From NCBI GenBank assembly GCA_002898235.1, contig BEIL01000003.1:2264-66263 (forward strand): a DNA stretch of 64,000 nt. Direction: 5' to 3'. The notes under the pieces are model-generated. The model did no database searches, was not told the origin of the DNA, and saw only the letters and a program-made list of their open reading frames with translations. The stretch is from a bacterium HR35. Lineage in GTDB: Bacteria; Patescibacteriota; Minisyncoccia; UBA6257; HR35. A program made the translations under genes and the position numbers. Within the stretch, counting starts at the first letter, position 1; every line of letters begins with the position of its first letter. Shown piece by piece: positions 28,501 through 36,933 of this stretch.

Positions 28501-30151
28501 TGATGGTTATGTAGCCAGTATCAAAAATCATCCCAAGATTGTAATTACTTCTACTGACGAAACGTTGAACAAAAAAATTAGATCTGCTTTATTAAGATTA
28601 GGAATAATTGGCTATTGCACTGCTTCTAATAATTTTGGTAATATTGAAATTACAGGAAAGGAAAATATTAAACGTTTTAGAGAAATAGTTGGCTCTAATC
28701 ATCCTAAGAAATTGCAGAGATTAAAAAATTTAAATTTAGAAGGAGTAAGATTTTGGCGCTTAAATCAGATTCCATTAGGTTTGTTGCTTAAAGAAGCTAG
28801 GATTTCTTTAGGGATAGGGCAAAGGAGTTTTAAAAATGGGCATATGATTTCTTGTTGGGAAAGAAATATTCATTTACCATCTTTAGAGAATTTGGAAATA
28901 AAAGTTAAAGAAATGGAGAAAATAATTAGTGAAAAAAATTTATCTCCAACTCAAAGCTTTGAAAAATTAAAATCATTTGTCTACGGTGATGTAAGTTGGG
29001 TAAAAATTAAAAAAATTGAAAAAGTAAATCAAAAAGAAGACGTTTATGATCTTATTTTAGATAAATATCATAATTTCATTGCTAATAATCATTTTGTTCA
29101 TAATTGCATTTTGTTCATTGATGAGCTTGACGCTATTGGAAAAATAAGAGGAGCGGGAATTACTGGCGCTCATGAAGAAAGAGAGCAAACATTAAATCAA
29201 ATTTTAGTTGAAATGGATGGTTTTGAAAAAGGAACAAAAGTCGTTGTTTTAGCGGCGACAAATAGACCTGATGTTCTTGATCCAGCTCTTCTTCGTCCAG
29301 GAAGATTTGACCGCAAAATTGTTTTGGATTTGCCTGATATTAAAGCTAGAGAGGAAATTTTAAAAATTCATTTAAGAGATAAAAGAGTTGGTAAAGTTAA
29401 TTTAAGGCAAGTAGCTGAAAGAACTCCTGGTTTTTCTGGAGCTGATTTAGCTAATTTATGTAATGAAGCTGCAATTTTAGCAGCCAGAAGAAACAAAGAA
29501 TTTATCACTCAACAAGAACTTTTAGATTCAATTGAAAAAGTTTTATTAGGTCCAGAAAGAAAAACAAAAGCCTATTCAAAAAAAGAAAAAGAAATTGCTG
29601 CTTATCATGAAGCTGGCCATGCCATTGTTGCTCATTATTTGCCTTATACTAATCCAGTTCAAAAAATTTCAATTATTTCTCGCGGTCGAGCAGGTGGTTA
29701 TACTTTAAAAACACCCCTTGAAGACAGAAGCTTTTATTTTAAGAAAGAATTTTTAGATGAATTGGCTTCAATGCTTGGTGGTTATGCTGCTGAAAAATTA
29801 ATTTTTAACGATATTACTACTGGAGCCAGTAATGATTTAGAAATTGCTACTGATTTAACTAGACAATTAGTAACTAAATTTGGAATGTCAGAAAAACTTG
29901 GTCCAATTTCAATCTCCCAAAAACCAAAAGAATTTGTTTTAGAAAAAGAGTACTCTGAAAAAACAGCTGAACTTATCGATGAAGAAGTAAAAAATATTAT
30001 TCACCAAGCATTAGAAAGAGCAACAAAGGTTTTAGAAATTAAAAAAGATAAATTAGAAAAAGTTGCTCAAGTTTTAATCAAAAAAGAAGTGATTGAGAAA
30101 AAACAATTTGAGAGATTAGTTGGCGAGAAAAAAGGAAGTTTAAATATTTAA
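25526..30151 (+). CDS. ftsH: ATP-dependent zinc metalloprotease FtsH, interrupted by two in-frame inteins; the mature extein is about 607 aa.
   Basis: Walker A GPPGTGKT, the FVEMFVGVGA | SRVRD | CILFIDELDA extein blocks, the HEAGHA zinc site and an N-terminal TM anchor; a 1541-aa ORF. Confidence 0.9.
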   Translation: MMLRNNYLKYFILVFSLILFFSILFVGEKKIKEEQSVSFPVFLEKVKNGEVKEINLENETNFTFITQDNKVFNSNKDPNVSFWEVFEKEKIPKEVYLKIKITKKTEASWLQLFLSFLINVIPIIIITWFIWQIFRQTQRGTSQIFSFGKSGIKVYNPNDPNRITFKDVAGLEEAKQELMEVVEFLKNPEKFFKIGARIPKGVLLVGPPGTGKTMLAQATASEAGVPFFYISGSEFVEMFVGVGASVTGDTPILIKRGNKIKLTTIGKFVDKFYQENESGFVKFIDGYETLGYEPQRKVYFGKPIWTNIRGVFRHKVNEIYEIYFRGGKIKTTGDHSVFVREKNRIIPKKVSELKVGDCLVNLPFKRRSVFVKGIGTTHKISTFDLEEKEIYLDLYEKEYNKALFSYQFALENRNILSQAKIGKILGLAQTTIKDWQLGRRRPKIFSSFNIFRFKIPPKIKVDLDLMKLLGYYVAEGRTTDYFTQFVFGIHERDLIKDCSNLIEKIFNITPHIKDCPETNSCRITIYSSIISKFFKKHCGTGAKKKHIPPFLWQIPFPYFKSFLEGLYRGDGYITKEGKLIITTTSRRLALELIWLSALHGIQVGLRKTKSPERKIREKILKPSKYYLVIFGKTSNPFLKNKKTSQPKKPIITKIIKKPYDGYVYDLCGCDNEAFFGGEKPILLHNSRVRDAFSVAKRNQPCLTGDTIITLSNGEEITIKEIYEKKLIGKEVLAFDENLNLKTAKIIGVSKTPDQEILKISTIIDTIKLTPDHLLPTLKDGRLEWVEAKELKEGDFIAYPKKIPEEFRIQSIRTLTLIPEETRIYFKNNCLPKIYGNKKYYHSVKLKEIYLDKIDEENIAWIALGKGGFTDSYLYRIPKYLNEDILYLKGLIDGDGSYHKNKFNITFVNTELYLHQEVKKIVLDNFGISAKTYKNKKYYRNLPQGKPPQNLKDCYTTHINNKLVKIILKNIDEILLSLPNNLIAAWIRGIFDSDGYVASIKNHPKIVITSTDETLNKKIRSALLRLGIIGYCTASNNFGNIEITGKENIKRFREIVGSNHPKKLQRLKNLNLEGVRFWRLNQIPLGLLLKEARISLGIGQRSFKNGHMISCWERNIHLPSLENLEIKVKEMEKIISEKNLSPTQSFEKLKSFVYGDVSWVKIKKIEKVNQKEDVYDLILDKYHNFIANNHFVHNCILFIDELDAIGKIRGAGITGAHEEREQTLNQILVEMDGFEKGTKVVVLAATNRPDVLDPALLRPGRFDRKIVLDLPDIKAREEILKIHLRDKRVGKVNLRQVAERTPGFSGADLANLCNEAAILAARRNKEFITQQELLDSIEKVLLGPERKTKAYSKKEKEIAAYHEAGHAIVAHYLPYTNPVQKISIISRGRAGGYTLKTPLEDRSFYFKKEFLDELASMLGGYAAEKLIFNDITTGASNDLEIATDLTRQLVTKFGMSEKLGPISISQKPKEFVLEKEYSEKTAELIDEEVKNIIHQALERATKVLEIKKDKLEKVAQVLIKKEVIEKKQFERLVGEKKGSLNI
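26258..27580 (+). mobile_element. Intein 1 in FtsH (441 aa; Ser1 ... His-Asn, +1 Ser) with a LAGLIDADG-type homing-endonuclease domain.
   Basis: Starts with SVTGDTPIL (block A with Ser as the nucleophile) and ends ILLHN|SRVRD. LAGLIDADG-like motifs are LLGYYVAEGRT and LEGLYRGDGYI. It is inserted between FtsH GVGA and SRVRD. Confidence 0.75.
27626..29104 (+). mobile_element. Intein 2 in FtsH (493 aa; Cys1 ... His-Asn, +1 Cys) with a LAGLIDADG homing-endonuclease domain.
   Basis: Starts with CLTGDTIITL (classic block A) and ends FVHN|CILFIDELDA. LAGLIDADG motifs are LKGLIDGDGSY and WIRGIFDSDGYV. It is inserted immediately before the Walker B region. Confidence 0.8.
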
Positions 30152-30155
30152 AAAA

Positions 30156-31256
30156 TTAAGGACCAAGATTTAGACAAACATATCTAATTGGGCCAGTAGT
30201 TGAACAAGTGCTACCAAAAGAACATTTTTCCGTACCGCTTACTCCTCCAGGATCATAAGCTTTAACACAAATCTCTTTTGCTCCTGTTGTATAATTTCCA
30301 TTTATTACCCTACTATTTAAATCAATTGAAGCTATTTTTCCGCTTACATACATATCTCCATTAACATATAGTCTAAATGGATCTGGATTTGTTATTCCGA
30401 TGCCTATGTTACCATTATTTCCTTTAACTGTAAAAACTTCGCTGCCACGGTCATTAGTTACTCTAAATCTTGAATCTTGACCGGTATCTATTCTAATGGT
30501 GGTAATTGCATTCCAATCCCCTACTTCTTCATTGCCAATTATAAATTCATTTGTATCTACATAAATGTATTTATTAAAAGCATCTAAGAAATTTATCTTT
30601 TTTCCGGAATTACCAGAAAAACACAACATATACGGATCATAATTACAATAATAAATATCATCGCCTATTCCTATAGTTCCTATTACTTGTAATTTCTTCT
30701 GAGGGTTCATTGTTCCAATGCCAATATTTCCATTATTTAAAATTGTCATTAAATGCTTTACATCATCGCCTCCAGGTGGATCTGGATCATTAACAAATGA
30801 TGTTTTTCCATAAGAAGGAGCAGTATTTGTAATCCAAAATAATCCATCATATCCACCATCAAACCACATATCTCTTGAAAAATCACCAAATCCTATTTTC
30901 CCAACTGCTTCATTATCGCTAACAATTTCAAATTTTGTTCGCGGATAAAGAGTTCCTACTCCAACATTGCCTCCGTAAGGATTAAGAGATAAATTATATG
31001 GTTTGCCGGTTTCATCTTTGCTCTGAATAATACCATAGTCAGCGTAATTTGATAATAATTTATTATCCTCAGAAATTGGTTCGTTAGGAGTAAGATAGAT
31101 ATTTTGATTTAATTTAAGATTATCATCTGACGATATTTTTGTTCTTTTGCCTATAAAGTAATTTTTAAAGGAATCAAAAGAAGGTCTATTAAAATAATAA
31201 AAATAAACGAAAATAAAAATAAGCCCTCCTAAAAAAATCAAATATTCTTTTTTCAT
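30156..31256 (-). CDS. Secreted repeat protein (tail-fibre-like G-N-V/I-G-I-G-T-x-x-P repeats), putative adhesin.
   Basis: N-terminal anchor MKKEYLIFLGGLIFIFVYFYYF; repeats GNVGVGTLYPRTKFEI, GNIGIGTMNPQKKLQV, GNIGIGITNPDPFRLYV; a Cys-rich C-terminus. Confidence 0.5.
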   Translation of the reverse strand: MKKEYLIFLGGLIFIFVYFYYFNRPSFDSFKNYFIGKRTKISSDDNLKLNQNIYLTPNEPISEDNKLLSNYADYGIIQSKDETGKPYNLSLNPYGGNVGVGTLYPRTKFEIVSDNEAVGKIGFGDFSRDMWFDGGYDGLFWITNTAPSYGKTSFVNDPDPPGGDDVKHLMTILNNGNIGIGTMNPQKKLQVIGTIGIGDDIYYCNYDPYMLCFSGNSGKKINFLDAFNKYIYVDTNEFIIGNEEVGDWNAITTIRIDTGQDSRFRVTNDRGSEVFTVKGNNGNIGIGITNPDPFRLYVNGDMYVSGKIASIDLNSRVINGNYTTGAKEICVKAYDPGGVSGTEKCSFGSTCSTTGPIRYVCLNLGP

Positions 31257-31291
31257 CTTAAAAGTATTATAATTATAACTCTATGTTACTT

Positions 31292-32614
31292 CTAGTACAA
31301 ATCTGGCCAGCAAATCCCTAAATTTGTTGAAGGAATAACTTGTCTAGAAATTCCGGGTCCGCTCCATTCAAGAAGCAATCTCTCACCACCTGCATTCTCA
31401 TAATGGTCTATTCTTAATGGATACCAACCGGGAGAAGAAAAGGTATAATTAGCAGAATACGTGGTAGCGCCTTGATCTCTCCATTGATCCACTAAGATTT
31501 GCCAGTTAACCCACAACCTAACACCATCATCGCTAGTTACATAAAAAGTATAGGTTCCTGCAACTGGTATATAAACACAACCATAAACTCTAAGCGACCA
31601 ACCATCAGCTTTTCCAAGGGGATTAAGATCAGTAAAATCTATAGTTGGTTTTACTATTCTCATAATTTTATCTTTAAACGAAAGATATGGATTTGGATCA
31701 TAGCTCCCAAAACCTTCAACAATAATTCCTCCTTTTTGCACTATTCTTCTCGGAGGCCATCCTGGAGAATCTAAAAAAACAGCATCAACTAAATTTCCTT
31801 CATAAATTGTTAATTTAGTAGTCGGTGTCGTCGTCCCGATGCCGATATTATTATTAACATCGATTACTATTGCAGGATTATTAAAATTTCTCGTAAAATC
31901 ACGTGCTATTTTGAATTTGTCTCCATCGGCGTTATCTATTCCCATTATCCAATCTCTTACTCCTGGAATAGCAAAATGAAGCATAGGATTAGCGGTTGCT
32001 CCGCCCCAAGCAGTAGAAATAGCTATTCTAACATCAGCCGAAGGTCCAGTATTATCGTTCCTTATTAAAAGTTGCAATTCTGAGTTAGAATTTGAAGCTA
32101 TATGAACTTTTTGTTCTGGTGTCGTCGTCCCGATGCCGACGTTGCCAGGAAAACTATAATTTCCTCCACCTGTGTTTGCTCCAAATTGGCCTGAAGAAAC
32201 ATTAGCTGCATTGATTGTTCCTAAAAAAGTATCAGCTTTAACATTACCAGCAACATGTAAAGTTGTTGTAGGTGTTGTTGTTCCAATTCCTAATCTTTTG
32301 TTTGTATTGTCCCAAAAGAGATTGTTGTCACCAGAAATAGTTGATGCTCCTGTCCAAAATGCTACTTGACCAGCTGAACCCGAGCCGCCTATTCCTAAGC
32401 TACCAGTATATCTTACTAAAACATTTTGGGTTGAGGAGGTCATTACTAAATAACCAGCTCCAGGCCAAGTTGTTTCTCCCCAATTAAGATAAGGTAATGG
32501 CTGGCAGTAAGCACCTTGTCCTAAAGATTCTTTGGGTAAAAAAAAGTAAAAAATAATGTTGGTTAAAGCAAATAAAAGCGAAAGAGCAAGAGATATTATT
32601 AACCCCTTTTTCAT
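31292..32614 (-). CDS. Secreted repeat protein with three IGIGTTTP repeats and a C-terminal PA14 domain; putative carbohydrate-binding adhesin.
   Basis: Repeat 1 is LGIGTTTPTTTLHVAG, repeat 2 is NVGIGTTTPEQKVHIA and repeat 3 is NIGIGTTTPTTKLTIYEG. A C-terminal YTFYVTSDDGVRLWVNWQ...YPLRIDHYENAGGERLLLEW is PA14-like. Confidence 0.55.
   Translation of the reverse strand: MKKGLIISLALSLLFALTNIIFYFFLPKESLGQGAYCQPLPYLNWGETTWPGAGYLVMTSSTQNVLVRYTGSLGIGGSGSAGQVAFWTGASTISGDNNLFWDNTNKRLGIGTTTPTTTLHVAGNVKADTFLGTINAANVSSGQFGANTGGGNYSFPGNVGIGTTTPEQKVHIASNSNSELQLLIRNDNTGPSADVRIAISTAWGGATANPMLHFAIPGVRDWIMGIDNADGDKFKIARDFTRNFNNPAIVIDVNNNIGIGTTTPTTKLTIYEGNLVDAVFLDSPGWPPRRIVQKGGIIVEGFGSYDPNPYLSFKDKIMRIVKPTIDFTDLNPLGKADGWSLRVYGCVYIPVAGTYTFYVTSDDGVRLWVNWQILVDQWRDQGATTYSANYTFSSPGWYPLRIDHYENAGGERLLLEWSGPGISRQVIPSTNLGICWPDLY
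31824..31845. repeat. 22-nt direct repeat ggtgtcgtcgtcccgatgccga (copy 1); copy 2 at 32118..32139 in the same frame encodes G-I-G-T-T-T-P.
   Basis: Exact 22/22 nt identity 294 bp (98 codons) apart inside CDS 31292..32614. Confidence 0.8.
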
Positions 32615-33078
32615 TTTGTTATTATTATATAACCTAACAATTTATTTTTGCAATTGTTACAAATAATTTTAAAGCTACCTTCTTCTAAAGCTTGAAATTG
32701 AATTGTTTTTGTTTCTTCCTTTTTTATTTTGCTAGAAAGATTATAATTTTCTATAAAAATTTCGTAATTTTTATCTTTAGCTGTTAAATTTAAAGTAAGT
32801 ACATCATTTAAAGAAGCTTTTATCGTGTTTTTTTCTCCTAGACTTTCGTTTTCTAAATCTAAATTAAAATTTTGATAATTTGTTTCATTTATTTTAACGC
32901 TGCTTGATGGTTGAACGATTTTAGTTTCTTCTACTTTGATTGTTTCTTTAGAAGAAGTTTTAACTTTTTGAGGTAATTTAAAAGAAATTATAGAAAAAAT
33001 ATCAAAGTAAAAAACAAGTACAAAAATTAAAACAACAATTATGATTCCAACTAAAAAAATTAAATATTCTCTTTTCAT
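32611..33078 (-). CDS. Hypothetical signal-anchored protein.
   Basis: The N-terminus MKREYLIFLVGIIIVVLIFVLVFYF is closely related to that of the 30156..31256 protein (MKKEYLIFLGGLIF...). Confidence 0.35.
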   Translation of the reverse strand: MKREYLIFLVGIIIVVLIFVLVFYFDIFSIISFKLPQKVKTSSKETIKVEETKIVQPSSSVKINETNYQNFNLDLENESLGEKNTIKASLNDVLTLNLTAKDKNYEIFIENYNLSSKIKKEETKTIQFQALEEGSFKIICNNCKNKLLGYIIITK

Positions 33079-33677
33079 TAAAAATAATTATAAAGAAGCT
33101 TAAAAATAAAGTCTATAATTTTGTTAATAAGAGCAAAGAAATAAGAGCCAAAGAAAATAATAAAAAGAGCAACAAAAACAAATCCATAAGTCTCTAAAAT
33201 GGCATATTCTTCAAAACTCATAAAAAGAAGTAAAAGCTTTGACCCATCGAGTGGAGGCAAAGGTAAAAGATTAAAAAGGGCTAAAAGGAGGTTAATTCGG
33301 AAAAGAGAAAGAAAAATTAAGCCTAATGATTGATTTAAAAATTGCTTATAAAGAAAAAAGAAAAAAAGTGCCAAAAAAATATTAACTAGAGGGCCAGCTA
33401 AAGCAATTAAAATTGGGTCTCGATTTTTGTCTTTTAAGTAATAAGGATTATAAGGAACGGGTTTTGCATAGCCCAGAATTAGGCCATTGAAAAAAACAAA
33501 AGTTAAAAAAGGTAAAAGAAGAGTTCCATAAGGATCAATATGAACCAAGGGATTTAATGATAGCCTACCTTCGTATTTTGCTGTGGGATCGCCCAGTTTA
33601 TAAGCAACAAAACCGTGAGCAATTTCATGAAGAACTATCGAATAAAAAACCAAAATAAGCAAAATTATAAATTCCAT
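33078..33677 (-). CDS. Site-2 protease family (peptidase M50) intramembrane zinc metalloprotease.
   Basis: HEIAHG zinc-binding motif in TM1 plus LSLNPLVHID and NLLPLPPLDG motifs; a polytopic membrane protein. Confidence 0.7.
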   Translation of the reverse strand: MEFIILLILVFYSIVLHEIAHGFVAYKLGDPTAKYEGRLSLNPLVHIDPYGTLLLPFLTFVFFNGLILGYAKPVPYNPYYLKDKNRDPILIALAGPLVNIFLALFFFFLYKQFLNQSLGLIFLSLFRINLLLALFNLLPLPPLDGSKLLLLFMSFEEYAILETYGFVFVALFIIFFGSYFFALINKIIDFIFKLLYNYF

Positions 33678-33682
33678 TCAAA

Positions 33683-33874
33683 TTAAACTGTTATTTTTCC
33701 TTTCAAGATAAGTTTTCGGCAATCCTTACAAACTTCTATTTTTTTATTACCTAAATTTAAAATTTGAATATTCGGCTTTTGAAAATAAGCTTTAACAGGA
33801 TTGTATTGACCCCTCAATTTCTTTCTTTTGATTGCTTTCTTTCTTCCTTTACCGCAAATTTGGCAAACTTTCAT
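33683..33874 (-). CDS. rpmB: 50S ribosomal protein L28.
   Basis: MKVCQICGKG...RGQYNPVKAY...IEVCKDCRK has the L28 C-x-x-C...C-x-x-C pattern and matches the bacterial L28 consensus. Confidence 0.75.
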   Translation of the reverse strand: MKVCQICGKGRKKAIKRKKLRGQYNPVKAYFQKPNIQILNLGNKKIEVCKDCRKLILKGKITV

Positions 33875-33896
33875 AATAATTTTATTTTACCACAAA

Positions 33897-35168
33897 TTAA
33901 TAATTGACAATTACTCTATAATAATCTTTATCTTCTTCTTGCCTGTAATTTAAATTCAACAACTCTTTTCGAAAATCTTCTAATTTTTCTTTGGGAACTT
34001 TAAAAATTGCCTCCCGTCTATCAAAATCATAACTTTCTAAAGAATATTTTTCGGAGAGAAACAAAACTTTTAAATAATTTTCATTTTTTTTATTTTCAAT
34101 TTTTTGAACAATTTCCAAAAGATAATCTAAACTATTTTGGATTTCCCTTAAATTACCTCTTAAAGGATGTTTAGCTAAATTTTCTTTTATTTCTTTTTCT
34201 GATCGGGAAAGTTTTGAATAATAAAAGCCAAAAACTAAAATAGCAATCAGAGAAACGACTATCAAAAAAATAGAAGCTACCAAAATAGGCCTTCTTATTT
34301 TAGTGAAAAAATAGACATTTTTAGGTTTGAGATTAAGAAAATCAAGGAAGGGTTGATCTTGAAAAATTTTCCTTAAAAGAACAACTCCGCCTTTAGCTAT
34401 AAATTCATAAGGATTAATTAAAATTGTTTGAAGATTGGAGAGGGCTGTTTCTTTAAAAGAAAAAATTAGGATTTCAAATTTTTTGTTTAAACTTTGAAAA
34501 TAGCCGATATATCTTTGAAAAAAAATTTCAAAATTAGTATTTTCGCTAATTTCTTCTAGAAATAAACTTTCTAACTTTAAATTTTCTAAATACAGGATAT
34601 GAGTAAGTTTTTCGTCAATAAAAAAAACTAAATAATTTTCGCTAAAAGTAATTTTTGCTTCATAAATTAAATTACTTAAAATGGCTTCAACAGAAGGAGC
34701 AATAAAATAAATTGTTAAATTTTCTTTAAAAAGAACCTCTAAAATAGCTTCTTCAATTTCTCTAGGGAAGAAAAAAATATCAAAATTAGCTAAATTACCG
34801 CTAAGTTTGTAAATATCTTCTTTAAAAATAAATTTATATCTTTCCAAAGGCAGAGGAAGATTGACCTGGAGATAATTTTTGATAGCTGAAGCTGGATCTG
34901 TTGTTCGGGGTATAGTAATTCTTTGAAAAAAAATATTAGGTAAATGAAGAATAATTCCTAATTCGTTTAATTTATATTTAGTTAGAAGCTCTTTTAATGC
35001 TTTTTCAAAGTTTTCTTTAAAAAAAACACCATTACTATAAATTTCTCCTTTCAAAATTTCCAATCTTTTAAGTTTAATTTCATTGTCTTTTTCTTCAAGA
35101 TCATAGTAAATTAACCTATCTGAAGAAATAAGAAGAATATCTATAATTTCTTCTTTGAATATTTTCAT
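33897..35168 (-). CDS. Hypothetical bitopic membrane protein (cytoplasmic domain of about 285 aa, one TM, extracytoplasmic tail of about 120 aa).
   Basis: TM helix ILVASIFLIVVSLIAILVFGFYY; no catalytic motif recognised; ATGA overlap with the downstream solute-binding gene. Confidence 0.3.
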   Translation of the reverse strand: MKIFKEEIIDILLISSDRLIYYDLEEKDNEIKLKRLEILKGEIYSNGVFFKENFEKALKELLTKYKLNELGIILHLPNIFFQRITIPRTTDPASAIKNYLQVNLPLPLERYKFIFKEDIYKLSGNLANFDIFFFPREIEEAILEVLFKENLTIYFIAPSVEAILSNLIYEAKITFSENYLVFFIDEKLTHILYLENLKLESLFLEEISENTNFEIFFQRYIGYFQSLNKKFEILIFSFKETALSNLQTILINPYEFIAKGGVVLLRKIFQDQPFLDFLNLKPKNVYFFTKIRRPILVASIFLIVVSLIAILVFGFYYSKLSRSEKEIKENLAKHPLRGNLREIQNSLDYLLEIVQKIENKKNENYLKVLFLSEKYSLESYDFDRREAIFKVPKEKLEDFRKELLNLNYRQEEDKDYYRVIVNY

Positions 35169-36712
35169 TTTGAGTATATATTTTGAATTTTAACAAATCT
35201 CTCAGAAAAGTCATTAACAAAAAAGATATCAAAACCTTCAAATTTTTTATCTACTAAATAGAGATAATAGGGATTAACTAAAAATATATTACTTTTTTGG
35301 TCCAAAATAATTTTTTCAATTTCTTGTTGAGAAGAGAAGATATCTTTAGCTGGATTAATTTTTGTTTCTAAAATTTCTTTTTCCAAAATTTTACTTTCGC
35401 TATTATTTAAATTAATGCCGGTTTGAGAGAAAAAATAAGCAAGATTAGGTGGATAACCATAATTAATTCCATAAAGAAGAGCTTGGTAATCTTTATTTTT
35501 TATTATTTCATTTAGATCGATCCTGGAGACAATTACAAAATCTATTTTAAATTTTGACTTAAGATATCTAGCTAAATCTGGGTAATAAAATGAATTAGGT
35601 AAAATAAGAGTAAAATCAAATTGAGGTTTAGCTGTTTTTTGCGGACTTAAAACTTCAACTCCTTTCAAATTTAAAATTTTTCTTACTGATGGCGAAAAAA
35701 TTCCTTCACTCTTTTCAGCATAGTTATTAAAAACATTCTTCACTATTTCTTGCCTATCGAGATTAGCATTAAGAAAATCAACAATTTCATTTGCTTTTAT
35801 TTTCTGTTGATTAAAAAAGATGCCAATAACCCTTGGTAAGACGATTTTATAAATTCTAATTCTTTTTTTAAAGCCTGAAGGTAAATTAAAATAATTAATA
35901 CCTGCTAAAGCATCAATCTCTTTTGTAAAAAAAGCAGTTAGGGCTTCTTTTTGGTCTTTAAAAATATGAAATTCAATCCTCTTTAGATAAACCTTTTCTG
36001 GAAAATACTTATTTCTTTCTAAAACGATAATTTTTTTCTTATTATTTCTAACTTCTTTCAAAACAAAAGGACCAAAACCATTTTGAGCTAAATCTAAGGC
36101 ATAAAAATCAGGAGAATAATGAGAAAAAACCTTTACCGGCAGGGGTTTGAGATAGACTAGATTATAAATTAAATAATTATCCGGGAATTTAGAAATAAAA
36201 ACGCCTTGGCTTTCGTTTATTATTTTAAATTCTAATTGAGAAAAAAACCGAGAAATTTCAGAAGGAGCGAATTTTTTAGCAAACTCTAAACCAAAGCGAA
36301 TATCTTCGGTTGTTAATTTTTCTCCATTGGCCCAATAAAGCTTATCTTTAAGAGTTATTTGAATTTCAGTTTTTTCTTTATTAACTAAATAACTTTTGAG
36401 AAATTTAGAAATAATTTTGCCGTTATAGTTTTCAAAAAGAGACGGGAAAATAATATTAGCAATTGTTTTTTCAGTATCATTAGTAGTAAGATAAGGAGTT
36501 AAAGTTTTAACATCTTCATAAACCCCTTCTCGATAAATTCCATTAGTTTTTTTACTAGTGAAAATTAGATAATCTGGAAAAATAAAAACTAATCCTAAGG
36601 CTAAAAAGGAAATAAAAAAGAAAACATAAATAGGAAAAAAATCTAATTGGCCATTTTTAATAAGCTTTCTTGTTTTTAAATAAAAATCACGAATTTCTTT
36701 ATTTATTTTCAT
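35165..36712 (-). CDS. ABC-transporter substrate-binding protein, family 5 (peptide/nickel, OppA-like), N-terminally membrane anchored.
   Basis: Size (515 aa), N-terminal anchor, and a family-5 SBP-like region KLTTEDIRFGLEF...; the assignment is by overall resemblance only. Confidence 0.4.
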   Translation of the reverse strand: MKINKEIRDFYLKTRKLIKNGQLDFFPIYVFFFISFLALGLVFIFPDYLIFTSKKTNGIYREGVYEDVKTLTPYLTTNDTEKTIANIIFPSLFENYNGKIISKFLKSYLVNKEKTEIQITLKDKLYWANGEKLTTEDIRFGLEFAKKFAPSEISRFFSQLEFKIINESQGVFISKFPDNYLIYNLVYLKPLPVKVFSHYSPDFYALDLAQNGFGPFVLKEVRNNKKKIIVLERNKYFPEKVYLKRIEFHIFKDQKEALTAFFTKEIDALAGINYFNLPSGFKKRIRIYKIVLPRVIGIFFNQQKIKANEIVDFLNANLDRQEIVKNVFNNYAEKSEGIFSPSVRKILNLKGVEVLSPQKTAKPQFDFTLILPNSFYYPDLARYLKSKFKIDFVIVSRIDLNEIIKNKDYQALLYGINYGYPPNLAYFFSQTGINLNNSESKILEKEILETKINPAKDIFSSQQEIEKIILDQKSNIFLVNPYYLYLVDKKFEGFDIFFVNDFSERFVKIQNIYSK

Positions 36713-36717
36713 TAAAA

Positions 36718-36933
36718 TTAAACCTTAATTCTAATTAGAGAAAGCAAAAGAAAAACAAAAATCATAAACCAAGTAAAGTAATAAATTAGTTTTTCCATGC
36801 CTCTTTTTTTAAAAAAGAATTCTGTTTGAAAACCAAAAAAGGCACCACCACTAACTCCTCTTTGTTGAAGCAAAATTAAAACAACAATTAAACCACCTGA
36901 TAAAATTTGTAAAAATTCAATTAAGCCTTTCAT
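36718..36933 (-). CDS. secG: Preprotein translocase subunit SecG.
   Basis: The LILLQQRGVSGGAFFG motif (SecG consensus LLQ-x-GKG-x-G...FG) and two TM helices; 71 aa. Confidence 0.7.
   Translation of the reverse strand: MKGLIEFLQILSGGLIVVLILLQQRGVSGGAFFGFQTEFFFKKRGMEKLIYYFTWFMIFVFLLLSLIRIKV

Noticed and set aside
25526-30151. Interpretation of the 1541-aa ORF as a fusion of FtsH with a novel large domain, or as a frameshifted or duplicated ftsH
   Set aside because: Both inserts have canonical intein termini (S/C at position 1, His-Asn at the end, S/C at +1) and LAGLIDADG motifs. The flanking extein pieces join into a colinear FtsH, so two inteins explain the whole extra length.
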